A stretch of DNA of 63,805 nt, counting the filler, from Octopus bimaculoides (lineage: Eukaryota), in the NCBI RefSeq assembly GCF_001194135.2. It is 8 parts of 7 records of this genome, joined end to end, with 100 filler letters (N's around TTAATTAATTAA, not from the genome) between each part and the next. Parts side by side here need not be neighbours in the genome. Positions count along the whole stretch, not along the records: positions 8,601 to 14,122 come from NC_068982.1; positions 14,223 to 22,816 come from NC_069009.1; positions 22,917 to 36,253 come from NW_026310629.1; 5 more parts are not named here. One strand, 5' to 3'. Below, piece after piece: positions 12,173-24,350 of this stretch. Every line of letters starts with the position of its first letter. Position 1 is the first letter of the stretch. Below the pieces are notes generated by a model that worked only from the letters and a program-made list of their open reading frames with translations, did no database searches and had not been told where the DNA came from. Position numbers and translations under genes: made by a program.

Positions 12173-13396
12173 CCATCTATTTGTACTTTTACTTCTAGTA
12201 CTTCTTTCTTTTCTTCTTTCTCAACATGTATCTCTACTACCATTTCTCTTCTGTCTATAATGCTGTCGCTACGTCTGTCAATCTCTATCTCTGCTTCTCC
12301 ATGTTATGCACGCTGCCTTTTTTTTATTTAGAAATAAATTGCTACTACCTTACCGATTAAATGTCAGAAACTCTTAGAGTTGCGATGGCTTGTATAAGTT
12401 CCTGTAAAATTAATAATAAAATGCAGACATTGTCTGCGTGGTAGTATAGAAGAAAATAGGAGGTGTGATAGCTTAAATTATGGAGAATAATGTATTTTTA
12501 TGAAACACTATAAGCAAAATGAAATACATTTAGTGATTTGATAAGAACTGGAAGGAAGGAGGTAAGGCTGAGATGATCACGGAAGAGAATGGAAAATGAA
12601 TCTCATATATCTTCTGAAATTGAAGTCGACCGGCAAATAATATGGAAGACATTAATCTGAAACAGTCAATGGTTTATATAATTAAATATTTTATCCAATA
12701 AAATCTGAGATTTATTCTCAACAATATTTGCATGTAAGGATAAAGGAAGTAGAAAGGAAATATCAGACATCCTGGAATCGGATAGAACAATGTTAACAGT
12801 CGGATAGACAACATGGTATAAATGACAGGAAAGATGTAATATAGATCCAACTTCGACGCTATTAAATATGGCAATGCAGACGAGAACAAAATTCGCGTCT
12901 GTCCGCCATTTTGTTCAGACATGTAACGAACGAGTGTACAAAATGAAGGACTATATCAGTATCTAGATTTGTGACTAAAATACATTAAACAGTGGCTTTC
13001 AACGGTCTTAAGTAAGAAAGGATATTAACAATACAAGAGTAATAATTCATTCTATTCGCTGATTGCCGTGTGGTTGGTAATTGTCTACTGAAGTGTACAA
13101 TTGTTTTATTAAATTACTAGAACGTGGAATCAAAGTAGTTCGAAGCAATAAATTAGAAACTCATTAGATTTGAAAACATGCTGAGAATTTCTCTTTCTAA
13201 CTCTATACAATTAAGTGATCAGGTCAAATTACAGATGCATTTATAGAAAATCTAAATTATAAGGTATGAATGTATGTATTTATGTATGCTTATAAGAACC
13301 TATTTAAACGTGCCTATATATTTACATGTATGCACATTCAGTATATGTTTCATTAATATATGTCTCTCCGTTATAGGACCACAAGCATCTGCCTGT

Positions 13397-13397
13397 A

Positions 13398-13486
<89 letters not shown>
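13397..13486. repeat. (TATC)n microsatellite
   Basis: Direct reading. Confidence 0.95.
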
Positions 13487-14122
13487 GATCTGGACGGATG
13501 CTAGTCGCATCGGCTCGCAAGTAAGTTGGCCTTTTATATGTCAAAAATTTTGCAGTTTTAAAATATCTTTTGTGGAAGAGGTGTATAAAACTATACACTT
13601 CGACCCTATTGGGTTTTTGTAATAGGAAGTGGCTCCTTCTGGAGTTTATTTCCAAAAGTTTTTGATTTTTCTCCGGCTTATTTGCCATACTTCGTAAAAC
13701 AAATATGGGTAGGCCTTCACATGTGGTCGATTTGCCTCCAATAGCAGGCAAGGAGACTGACCAACAAGTCGTTCCACATTAACGAACACAAGACGTAGAG
13801 ACCAGGAATGCTGCGTTTACTACTACTGCCTTCACCACCTCCACTACCACCATTACGACCACCATCAACGACAACAAAACCAAAACCACTACTGCCACCG
13901 ATATCGCAGCCACCACTACCACCAAGAACAACAATAACAAAAAGAACAACAACAACTCCACTCCTCTTTTGTTCCTTTCACCACAGACAACGGAAGGAGA
14001 GAAAGAGAAGAGCATGATCGCCAAACAATTTGCTCAAATACGCCTGAACGCCGAAAAAAATTATGAGAAAAATTTCCCGCCACTTCGTAACTCATGTGAA
14101 GGTCAGAGGAGTACACAAGAAG

Positions 14123-14222
14123 NNNNNNNNNNNNNNNNNNNNNNNNNNNNNNNNNNNNNNNNNNNNTTAATTAATTAANNNNNNNNNNNNNNNNNNNNNN
14201 NNNNNNNNNNNNNNNNNNNNNN
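14123..14222. other. Artificial scaffold-joining spacer
   Basis: 44 N + TTAATTAATTAA + 44 N. Confidence 0.93.
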
Positions 14223-14232
14223 TATATATATG

Positions 14233-14269
<37 letters not shown>

Positions 14270-14310
14270 ATGTCAAAGATGCATAGGATCCATAAAAACT
14301 TTAGAGACTC

Positions 14311-14905
14311 AGGAAATTGATTCTCTCAAATGCCCCAGTGGCTCATTAGAGGCTGTAGATAATTTCTGCTACTCAGGGGACCAAATTAGTAGAAGGAGAG
14401 AATGCACAAAGAGTGTGACAGCTAGAATAAGAATACGATAAAGGAAATACAGAGAGTTCCTACATCGGTCAGCCACAAAAGGTTTCTCTCTCCGAGTTAA
14501 AGGAAGACTGTATGATTCATGTGTATGGACAGTAATTCTACATGGTAGTAAGATGTGGGCCCTGAATGCAGAGGATATGCAAAGGTTAGGAAGGAATGAG
14601 GCTAGTATGCTCTGCTGGGTGTGTAATGTAAGCATACATGTTTGACAAAGTGCTAGTGGTTTGAGAGAGAAGTTAGGCATAAGAGGAATTGGTTGCTGTG
14701 TGCAAGAGAGAAGACTGTACTGGTTTGGTCATGTGATGTGGATGGATGCTGACAGCTCCATAAAGAAGTGCTGATCTCTTAAATTGGATGGAACACGTAG
14801 AAGACAAGGGATGAAGTACTGAAGAACAACCTCAGGAAGGTGAACCTTTCAAGCAAGATGATGAAGGACTGAGATAGCTGACAAATGGCTGTATTCAAGA
14901 AGGCC
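14311..14905 (+). mobile_element. RTE-clade LINE fragment (end of RT and C-terminal region), pseudogenised
   Basis: Translation SLEAVDNFCYSGDQIS...TARIRIR...KGFSLRVKGRLYDSCV..VILHGSKMWALNAEDMQRLGRNEASML matches the RTE post-RT motif; frameshifts and stops. Confidence 0.85.
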
Positions 14906-15467
14906 CTGGATGTACTCAACAGAGAAATAGAGAGGTAGAAATAGGTGTCTTGCTATGAAGGAGGTACATGGTTACCCAGTGAGAGAGAGGGAGGAAAGAG
15001 ATAGAGAGTGAGAAAGAGGTACAAGAAAGAGGCCAGAAATAAGTGTGCTGTTGTGAAGGAGGTACTTGGTTAACTCGTCAGAGGGAAAACAAGAGGAGGA
15101 GAGAGAGTGACCAAAGGGAATGAGAGAGGGAGAGTAGGAAACAGTAAAAGTGTAAGAGAGAGTAGAAGAGAGATGGTGTAGTGCTGGGGTATACTCACAA
15201 CTAACAAGGATTTGAGCATAGAACCAGGGTACAAAATAGGGTGTGGGTGGGGGGAGCGGCGATACAGTGATTAGGGCAGTGAAGGCAAAAAAGGGGATTG
15301 GAAAACAATCATAGTTTATGAAGAGGAAATGTGAGGAAGAGAAAGATGCAGTTTAGAAGGGGAGGTATAGTTCGGTTTCTTAAGGTAGGTGGGTGAAAAG
15401 TGTGTTGTTATATGTGGGTGAGACACAACTCTTGTAGCACTCACTTTTGTGGGCAGGTCTTCTCTAA

Positions 15468-15575
15468 AACCCAAATCTTCTGTGATAATGGACTGAACTG
15501 AACCGTAACTAATCTGCACATCCTCTGATAACTCACGGAGGGTGATTCAATGATTTCCTCTCACAGCTGCATATA
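15468..15575 (-). mobile_element. mariner transposase remnant, second part (after RTE insertion)
   Basis: AAVRGNH*ITLRELSEDVQISYGSVQSIITEDLG, typical second HTH of mariner transposases. Confidence 0.75.
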
Positions 15576-15577
15576 TG

Positions 15578-16043
15578 TCATCATCATCATTTAATGTCCG
15601 CTTTCCATGCTGGCAGGGGTTGGATGGTTTGACTGAGGACTGGCAAACCAGATGGCTACACCAGACTCCAATCTGATTTGGCAGAGTTTCTACAGCTGGA
15701 TGCTCTTCCTAACGCCAACCACTCCAAGAGTGTAGTGGGTTAGGCCTAATGTTCGAAGGTTATGCTTCACCACCTCATCCCAGGTCTTCCTGGGTCTACC
15801 TCTTCCACAGGTTCCCTCAACCGCTAGGGTGTGGCACTTTTTCACACAGCTATCTTCATCCATTCTCGCCACATGACCATACCAGCACAATCGTCTCTCT
15901 TGCACACCACAACTGATGCTTCTTGGGTTCAACTTTTCTCTCAAGGTACTTACACTCTGTCGAGTATGCACACTGACAGTACACATCCATCGGAGCACAC
16001 TGGCTTCATTCCTTGCGAGCTTACGTATGTCCTCAGCAGTCAC
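15578..16043 (-). mobile_element. 5'-truncated RTE LINE with 3' UTR and (GAT)n tail
   Basis: ORF TAEDIRKLARNEASVLRWMC...LCWYGHVARMDEDSCVKKC..GRGRPRKTWDEVVK; same 3' UTR as 20718-20839; TCATCATCAT tail at 15578. Confidence 0.9.
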
Positions 16044-16240
16044 ATCTGTGATATTTTTCTTAGTTCTGCTGGTTGCAGGTCTCCCAGAACGTCCCTCAAT
16101 ATTGACATTTTTTCAGCCATCTTGGAAACGTCTGAATCACTCATATTCTTGTATGTGGTTCATACACTCGTCTCCATACACTTTCTGCAACTTTGCATAA
16201 GCCTCTGAGCAGGTATCACCATGACAACTTTCTCTGTCAT
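16044..16240 (-). mobile_element. mariner transposase remnant, N-terminal HTH
   Basis: GDTCSEAYAKLQKVYGDECMNHIQEYE*FRRFQDG..N..GRSGRPATSRTKKNITDV, matching the mariner YGD...WF.RF..G...RSGRP motif. Confidence 0.8.
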
Positions 16241-16521
16241 GGTCAATGCGACGATCACATGCTACACACCTTCCTTCCAAGCACTGCTGTAAACAACAGG
16301 AGTGAGCTAGAACGTTAAAACTTAGTGCACATGTGGAGCAGAGTTCAATCTCAATTTGTGCCAAGTGTCTTTACTTTGTATGCTTTAGTTTTGTTACTAA
16401 TGCAACAGTACGGATACTTATTGATCACACCTCGTATACCTTAATATTTTACAAGCCTAAAGCCTATAAGCTATAGTCTAATAGTGGGGCATATAATCCC
16501 ACAATGGGAAAATGTGGGTTT

Positions 16522-16594
16522 TCCATACACGTGGGGCTTGAACTCACACCTCTATGTTTCCACAACAAGTGTTTTACCATTACACCAATGAACA
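16522..16594 (-). pseudogene. tRNA-like pseudogene or SINE head
   Basis: A box TGGTGTAATGG, D stem GTGT/ACAC, B box GAGTTCAAGCC; acceptor and anticodon stems defective. Confidence 0.4.
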
Positions 16595-16666
16595 CCTTGT
16601 TTCTTTCTGTCAGATTTAAGAACTATTATTTCATAGTATAGTTTTTATAAACATACATACAAACAT

Positions 16667-16926
16667 ACTCTTTACTCTTTTACTTGTTTCAGTCGAAGAA
16701 ATCAACTCCAGGACTTATTCTTTGTAAGCCTAGCAGTGGCTGTGTGGTAAGCAGCTTGCTTACCAACTACATGGTTCCAGGTTCAGTCCCACCTTGGGCA
16801 AATTTCTTCTACTATAGCCTCGGGCCAACCAAAACCTTGTGAGTGGATTTGGTAGATGGAAACTGAAAGAAGCCCAGAACCATGTGGTTGGTAAGCAAGC
16901 TACTTACCACACAGGCACTCCTGCGC
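16667..16926. mobile_element. Cluster of SINE family A pieces (minus 3' end, plus 5' half 16733-16875, minus head)
   Basis: Matches the 23097-23520 copy: GTGGCTGTGTGGTAAG...CCTTGTGAGTGGATTTGGTAGA. Confidence 0.8.
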
Positions 16927-17574
16927 CTGCATTTTCTGCGATGATTTGGTAAGTGTGTTGATTTTACAATTCTGAAAATTATAATAATAATAACATTTTA
17001 TAAATAGAGTTATTAATATTTCTAAGTCTCTCTAAAGGAGACTACGGCAGCGGTACTGGAAATTAATAGTTATCGCCAAGCCAACATGGCAGTCCCAAAA
17101 TTAGGACGAAAGCTGCCGTGAATTAGCTCCAAGAAGCCATCGCCTCTAGCTAGCTATGTGACACACGAAACCTGTGTCCTTTATAACCTTCGAACAGAGG
17201 AGGTCAGCAGTTTCCCCTTGCTGGTTTGGCATCTGCAGACTAGTTTCAGGGTGTTGCCCCTTGTCAATGCAGAGCAGCCAAGCTCCAGCCAGGAGCTTAA
17301 AGCATATAAGTGATCACCGTGTATTGACTCAAGAAAATAGCCTGATATTGGGGTAAATGAGCTTTAAGCTTTTCAAATATTATTTACAGAATTGTGCATA
17401 CACATACAGAATACAAGTTAAGCGATTATAGTATAGACTTGTACCAAGTAGAAATACAGTATTGTATATATATATAAACATAATGTTGAAATACATGTAT
17501 ACATGCAAACACACACATACAATTTTCAAACATCAATATACATATCTATATATCTTTATCTATCTATCTATCTG

Positions 17575-17645
<71 letters not shown>

Positions 17646-18128
17646 NNNNNNNNNNNNNNNNNNNNNNNNNNNNNNNNNNNNNNNNNNNNNNNNNNNNNNN
17701 NNNNNNNNNNNNNNNNNNNNNNNNNNNNNNNNNNNNNNNNNNNNNNNNNNNNNNNNNNNNNNNNNNNNNNNNNNNNNNNNNNNNNNNNNNNNNNNNNNNN
17801 NNNNNNNNNNNNNNNNNNNNNNNNNNNNNNNNNNNNNNNNNNNNNNNNNNNNNNNNNNNNNNNNNNNNNNNNNNNNNNNNNNNNNNNNNNNNNNNNNNNN
17901 NNNNNNNNNNNNNNNNNNNNNNNNNNNNNNNNNNNNNNNNNNNNNNNNNNNNNNNNNNNNNNNNNNNNNNNNNNNNNNNNNNNNNNNNNNNNNNNNNNNN
18001 NNNNNNNNNNNNNNNNNNNNNNNNNNNNNNNNNNNNNNNNNNNNNNNNNNNNNNNNNNNNNNNNNNNNNNNNNNNNNNNNNNNNNNNNNNNNNNNNNNNN
18101 NNNNNNNNNNNNNNNNNNNNNNNNNNNN

Positions 18129-18171
<43 letters not shown>

Positions 18172-18299
18172 ATACATATACACACACACATATGTAGCCT
18201 GTAGGTAATAAGAAAGTCAATTTCCATTTAAAAGCTAATTAAAATATTAATTAGGTTTGACAATTAAATAAATTGATTACAAATTGAAGTGGAATATAT

Positions 18300-18960
18300 C
18301 ATTAATATAGAGGTATTGGTTGTGGTGGTATTGGTGGTGGTAGGCAGTGTTTGTGGTAGGTAGGGGTTATAGTATAGGTGCTGGTGTAGCTGTGGTGGTG
18401 GTGGTTTAGGCAGTAGTGGTGGCAGCAGTGCTGACGGTTGTGGTGGTGGTTGAGGTGATAGTGGTGGCAGCAGCACTGGCATTGTTGCTGTTGTTGTTGG
18501 TGGTGGTGGTGGTTGTGGTGACAGTGCTGGCTTTGCTAGCATGTAAATGGTTGTCTTGATGGTAGTTCTTAGACTGGTATGGTGGTAACGCTGATGGTGA
18601 AGATGATGTTGTGGTAGCGGTGATAGTAATAATTGTGGTAGTGTAGGCTATAGTAGTGAATGTAGTAGTGGTGTTAGCACTGTAAGTGTTACTTGAGTGT
18701 TAAGGGTAGTAGTAGTAGTAGTAGTGGTGGTGGTGGTGGTGGTTGTAGTAGTAGTAGATGTGGTGGTGGTGGTGATTGTAGTAGTAGTTGTGGTGGTTGT
18801 AGTAGTAGAAGTAGTAGTATAAGTAGTAGTAATAGTAGTAGCTGTGGTGATTGTGGTGGTAGTAGTAGTGGTGGTGGCAGTGTTTGTGGTGGTAGTGGTA
18901 ATAGTGGTGGCAGTAGTGTTGGCGGTGCTAAGGTGGTTGTGGTGCTCTCACTAGTATGAT
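18300..18960. repeat. GTG/GTA/GCA trinucleotide low-complexity tract
   Basis: Direct reading; source of spurious poly-G/S/P ORFs. Confidence 0.85.
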
Positions 18961-19017
18961 GCTCGTTTTGCTAGCATGCAAACGGTTGTGGCAGTAGTTC
19001 TTAGACTGATATCAGTC

Positions 19018-19049
<32 letters not shown>

Positions 19050-19239
19050 GTCCTTTCTATTATAGGCACAAGGCCTGAAATTTGGGGGAGGGGACTAGTT
19101 GATTATATCAACCCCAGTGTGTAACTGGTACTTAATTTATTGACCCCGAAAGGATGAAAGGCAAAGTCGACCTTGGCAGAATTTGAACTCAGAACATAAG
19201 GATAGATGAATGCCGCTAAGCATTTTGCCCGACGTGCTA
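19018..19239 (-). mobile_element. tRNA-derived SINE family B with (TTA)n tail
   Basis: Reverse complement of GAGTTCAAATT..GGTCGACTTTGCCTTTCATCCTTTCGGGGTC shared with 29295-29473. Confidence 0.85.
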
Positions 19240-19965
19240 NNNNNNNNNNNNNNNNNNNNNNNNNNNNNNNNNNNNNNNNNNNNNNNNNNNNNNNNNNNNN
19301 NNNNNNNNNNNNNNNNNNNNNNNNNNNNNNNNNNNNNNNNNNNNNNNNNNNNNNNNNNNNNNNNNNNNNNNNNNNNNNNNNNNNNNNNNNNNNNNNNNNN
19401 NNNNNNNNNNNNNNNNNNNNNNNNNNNNNNNNNNNNNNNNNNNNNNNNNNNNNNNNNNNNNNNNNNNNNNNNNNNNNNNNNNNNNNNNNNNNNNNNNNNN
19501 NNNNNNNNNNNNNNNNNNNNNNNNNNNNNNNNNNNNNNNNNNNNNNNNNNNNNNNNNNNNNNNNNNNNNNNNNNNNNNNNNNNNNNNNNNNNNNNNNNNN
19601 NNNNNNNNNNNNNNNNNNNNNNNNNNNNNNNNNNNNNNNNNNNNNNNNNNNNNNNNNNNNNNNNNNNNNNNNNNNNNNNNNNNNNNNNNNNNNNNNNNNN
19701 NNNNNNNNNNNNNNNNNNNNNNNNNNNNNNNNNNNNNNNNNNNNNNNNNNNNNNNNNNNNNNNNNNNNNNNNNNNNNNNNNNNNNNNNNNNNNNNNNNNN
19801 NNNNNNNNNNNNNNNNNNNNNNNNNNNNNNNNNNNNNNNNNNNNNNNNNNNNNNNNNNNNNNNNNNNNNNNNNNNNNNNNNNNNNNNNNNNNNNNNNNNN
19901 NNNNNNNNNNNNNNNNNNNNNNNNNNNNNNNNNNNNNNNNNNNNNNNNNNNNNNNNNNNNNNNNN

Positions 19966-20440
19966 CGAGAGTGCGTGTGTGTGTGTATTGTGTTAGTATA
20001 AACATGTCTGGGGAGGCAAGTGCGTGTGCAAATGTGTGTGTGTGTATATACTGATTGTGTATGCATGTAGTGCGCGTGTGTGTGTGTGTGTGTACGTGAG
20101 TGTGCACTGTGTTGTCTGGAAGTACGTGTGTGCGCATATTGTCTGCAGGTCTGTGTGTGCATGAGTGTGTGTATGTGCATTTGTAGTGTGTCTGCTGGTG
20201 TGTGTATGAGTGTGTGTGTGTGTTGTCTGCATTTGTGTGTCTGTATTTGTGTGTGTCTGTATTATGTCTGCATGTCTCTATAAGTGTGTGTGCATTATGT
20301 TTGTGTGTATGTGTGCATGTATGTGTGTGCACGCGTACGCGTGTGTGCACTCGCATGAATGTGTGTGTGTGCATGCGTGTGTGTGTGTATGTGTGTGCAT
20401 GCGTGTGTGTGTGCATGCTTGTGTGCATGTGTGTGTGTGC
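19966..20440. repeat. Degenerate (TG)n satellite
   Basis: Direct reading. Confidence 0.9.
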
Positions 20441-20569
20441 TTTCTTGATGGTTGAAGGGCATTGCGGTTTTACTGTAGCTTTTCTTTGAAATGTGAATGA
20501 GCGAGCTTTTGGATTGATGAGGGTTGGTGAAGATTTTCTGTGACTTTTCAATGAAAAGTGAATATGAAT

Positions 20570-20712
20570 AGGCACAGACGTGGCTGTTTGATAAGAAGCT
20601 TGCTTCCCGACCACAGGGTTCTGGGTTCAGTCCCACTGTCTTCTATACTACAGCCTCAGGCCGATCAAAGCCTTGTGAGTGGATTTAGGAGACGGAAACT
20701 GAAAGAAGCCAG
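20570..20712 (+). mobile_element. SINE family A, 5' half
   Basis: GTGGCTG...GGTTCAGTCCCACTG...GGAAACTGAAAGAAGCC. Confidence 0.8.
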
Positions 20713-20717
20713 TCATA

Positions 20718-20839
20718 TATCATCATCATCATCATCATCATCGTTTAACGTCCGCTTTCCATGCTGGCATGGGTTGGACGATTTGACTGAGGACTGGTGA
20801 AACCGGATGGCAACACCAGGCTCCAGTCTGATTTGGCAG
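20718..20839 (-). mobile_element. RTE LINE 3' UTR and (GAT)n tail
   Basis: Near-identical to 15578-15705; runs into a gap. Confidence 0.85.
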
Positions 20840-21945
20840 NNNNNNNNNNNNNNNNNNNNNNNNNNNNNNNNNNNNNNNNNNNNNNNNNNNNNNNNNNNNN
20901 NNNNNNNNNNNNNNNNNNNNNNNNNNNNNNNNNNNNNNNNNNNNNNNNNNNNNNNNNNNNNNNNNNNNNNNNNNNNNNNNNNNNNNNNNNNNNNNNNNNN
21001 NNNNNNNNNNNNNNNNNNNNNNNNNNNNNNNNNNNNNNNNNNNNNNNNNNNNNNNNNNNNNNNNNNNNNNNNNNNNNNNNNNNNNNNNNNNNNNNNNNNN
21101 NNNNNNNNNNNNNNNNNNNNNNNNNNNNNNNNNNNNNNNNNNNNNNNNNNNNNNNNNNNNNNNNNNNNNNNNNNNNNNNNNNNNNNNNNNNNNNNNNNNN
21201 NNNNNNNNNNNNNNNNNNNNNNNNNNNNNNNNNNNNNNNNNNNNNNNNNNNNNNNNNNNNNNNNNNNNNNNNNNNNNNNNNNNNNNNNNNNNNNNNNNNN
21301 NNNNNNNNNNNNNNNNNNNNNNNNNNNNNNNNNNNNNNNNNNNNNNNNNNNNNNNNNNNNNNNNNNNNNNNNNNNNNNNNNNNNNNNNNNNNNNNNNNNN
21401 NNNNNNNNNNNNNNNNNNNNNNNNNNNNNNNNNNNNNNNNNNNNNNNNNNNNNNNNNNNNNNNNNNNNNNNNNNNNNNNNNNNNNNNNNNNNNNNNNNNN
21501 NNNNNNNNNNNNNNNNNNNNNNNNNNNNNNNNNNNNNNNNNNNNNNNNNNNNNNNNNNNNNNNNNNNNNNNNNNNNNNNNNNNNNNNNNNNNNNNNNNNN
21601 NNNNNNNNNNNNNNNNNNNNNNNNNNNNNNNNNNNNNNNNNNNNNNNNNNNNNNNNNNNNNNNNNNNNNNNNNNNNNNNNNNNNNNNNNNNNNNNNNNNN
21701 NNNNNNNNNNNNNGGAGAGGCATTATGCCGGTAATACACATACGAAATATAAATATATATATATATATTATTTAAAAGAGTTCCATCTCTGTTTTTTATG
21801 TTTTATTTATATTCTTATAAAATTAATGTAGGATATAGAATATGGAATATATAATATAATATAAATAGTAAAATAAAATGAAGTATTGAATGTCTTATTG
21901 AATATATGAAATATTGAGTATTCAATATAGAGAACCAAATATATA

Positions 21946-21990
21946 AAGGCGAGTACGTACTTTCATGCCTATTGGCATTCATCAGGCCTT
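21946..21990 (-). ncRNA. Type I hammerhead ribozyme (minimal, palindromic stem III)
   Basis: AAGGC CUGAUGA AUGCC-AAUA-GGCAU GAAA GU-ACGU-AC UC GCCUU: perfect 5-bp stems I and II, intact core, CUC cleavage triplet. Confidence 0.88.
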
Positions 21991-22093
21991 GTCTGACAGA
22001 CTGTAACTAAATAATATATTCCTATATACACGATCATACAAAACCCTTTTTTTGTATATATTTTTATTTTTATTTTGTATATTTATTTTTATT

Positions 22094-22153
<60 letters not shown>

Positions 22154-22205
22154 NNNNNNNNNNCACACACACACACACACACATATATATGTATATATAT
22201 ATATA

Positions 22206-22587
22206 CAGGGTGGTCACTAGAAAAGCGGAAAATTCATGAAATGCCAATTTATATTTTCACAAGGTCTATTTAAGGTAAACAATTAGGTTCACAAAGCATG
22301 GTATCATATTAACACTCACAAATGTTCAAAATGTCTTCCTGCACATTGTGACAGCATTTTAATTGAGAAATCAAAGCTCGTGTGGCATTTTGAAGTGTAA
22401 CTTGAGGGATGTCATTCCAAGTTATATGGCATCAATATTTCTATATCTCTGCTAATAACAGGCTCCAGATAAAGTAATCAATAATAGAAACAATGAATCA
22501 GAGACCACCTATCACAGTCTATTGAAGATCTAATTAACGCCTGTTAGTTTTGCTTTCAAATTTTCTACTTTTCTAGTGACCACCCAG
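22206..22587 (-). mobile_element. Non-autonomous Tc1/mariner element (382 bp) with 29-bp TIRs and TA TSD
   Basis: Left CAGGGTGGTCACTAGAAAAGCGGAAAATT, right (rc) CTGGGTGGTCACTAGAAAAGTAGAAAATT, TA at 22204-5 and 22588-9; internal minus-strand GRHFEH C-terminal motif. Confidence 0.88.
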
Positions 22588-22600
22588 TAAATATGTATAC

Positions 22601-22639
<39 letters not shown>

Positions 22640-22641
<2 letters not shown>

Positions 22642-22805
22642 CACAGGAGTGGCTATGTGGTAAGAAGCTTTCTTCCCAACCACATGGTTTTAGGTTCAGC
22701 CCCACTGCATGGCACCTTGGTTAACTGTCTCCTACTATAATCTCAAGTTAACCAGAGCTTCGTGAGTGAACTTGGTAGATGGAAAATGAAAGAAGCTGAT
22801 TGTAT
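22640..22805 (+). mobile_element. SINE family A, 5' half
   Basis: GGCACAGGAGTGGCTATGTGGTAAGAAG...GGTAGATGGAAA. Confidence 0.8.
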
Positions 22806-22816
22806 TTACGTATATA

Positions 22817-22916
22817 NNNNNNNNNNNNNNNNNNNNNNNNNNNNNNNNNNNNNNNNNNNNTTAATTAATTAANNNNNNNNNNNNNNNNNNNNNNNNNNNN
22901 NNNNNNNNNNNNNNNN
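22817..22916. other. Artificial scaffold-joining spacer
   Basis: 44 N + TTAATTAATTAA + 44 N. Confidence 0.93.
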
Positions 22917-22929
22917 TAGAGAGACAGAC

Positions 22930-22961
<32 letters not shown>

Positions 22962-23096
22962 TGAGAGAGAGAGAGAGAGAGGGAGAGTGAGGTAAAGATA
23001 GAGATAAATAGAGAGAGAGACAGTGAAAACAAACAGGAAGGGCTGCTAAGCCTAAACGAGGTTGTGGTGGCGAACGCGAAAATCAAGCTTGGACAG

Positions 23097-23520
23097 GGCA
23101 CTGGAGTGGCTGTGTGGTGTAAGTAGCTTACTTACCAACCACATGGTTCTGGGTTCAGTCCCACAGCGTGGCACCTTGGGCAAGTGTCTTCTACTATAGC
23201 CTCGGGCTGACCAAAGCCTTGTGAGTGGATTTGGTAGACGGAAACTGAAAGAAGCCCGTCATATATATGTATATATATATATATATGTATGTGTATATGT
23301 GTGTGTATGTGTTTGTGTGTTTGTTCCCCCAACATCGCTTGACAACCGATGCTGGTGTGATTACGTCCCCGTAAATTAGCGGTTCGGCAAAACAGACCGA
23401 TAGAATAAGTACTAGGCTTACAAAGAATAAGTCCTGGGGTCGATTTGCTCGACTAAAAAGGCGGTGCTCCAGCATGGCCGCAGTCAAATGACTGAAACAA
23501 GTAAAAGAGTAAAAAGAGTA
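23097..23520 (+). mobile_element. SINE family A, full length (tRNA head, internal TA/TG microsatellite, AAAAGAGT tail)
   Basis: Pol III A/B-box-like head; at least a dozen related copies in this window. Confidence 0.9.
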
Positions 23521-23769
23521 CAACTACAAACTGTTATAATATTTTGCTCAATGGTTGAACTAAATGATGTTCAAATATGGCGAAATTCGTTTTGATACGA
23601 TGCCAGACGAACTTCTTGATTCGTGGAAGCTTCAGTGGATATATTTAAAAACCGAGTGTTTCTTTTTGATGGTCAAATTTAATTGTTTAATATTGAAATT
23701 TCATAACTGTGCTGTGTGAAGATATTGCGATAGTGTATCTAGGTGTGTGTGTGTTAGAAAGTGTAGCGA

Positions 23770-23918
23770 TACACACACAAACACACACAAACACAAACAA
23801 ACAAACACACACACACACACATATAATATCTTTACATCTATATCTCAATATCTCTATCTATCTGTCTATCTATCTATCTGTCTGTCTATCTATCTATCTA
23901 CCTACCTATCTATCTGTC

Positions 23919-23985
<67 letters not shown>

Positions 23986-24129
23986 GTCTGTCTGTATGCC
24001 TGCCTGTCTGTCTGTCTGCTTGTCTGTCAGCCTGCCTGTTTGTCTGTCTACCTACCTACATGTTTACATGTCTACCTACCTACCTACATGTCTGTCAGTC
24101 TGTCTGCCTGTCTGTTGTCTCACTCTCTC

Positions 24130-24168
<39 letters not shown>

Positions 24169-24296
24169 CTTTCTCTCTCGTTCTATAAATATATATGTAC
24201 GTATCTATAAATATAAAAATGCATATATAGATATACATACACATACATACATGCAAGCATGCACATATGAACAACACACGTACATATATATGTATG

Positions 24297-24330
<34 letters not shown>

Positions 24331-24350
24331 TGTATGTATGTATGTATGTA
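23770..24350. repeat. Compound CA/TATC/TGTC/TATG microsatellites
   Basis: Direct reading. Confidence 0.9.
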
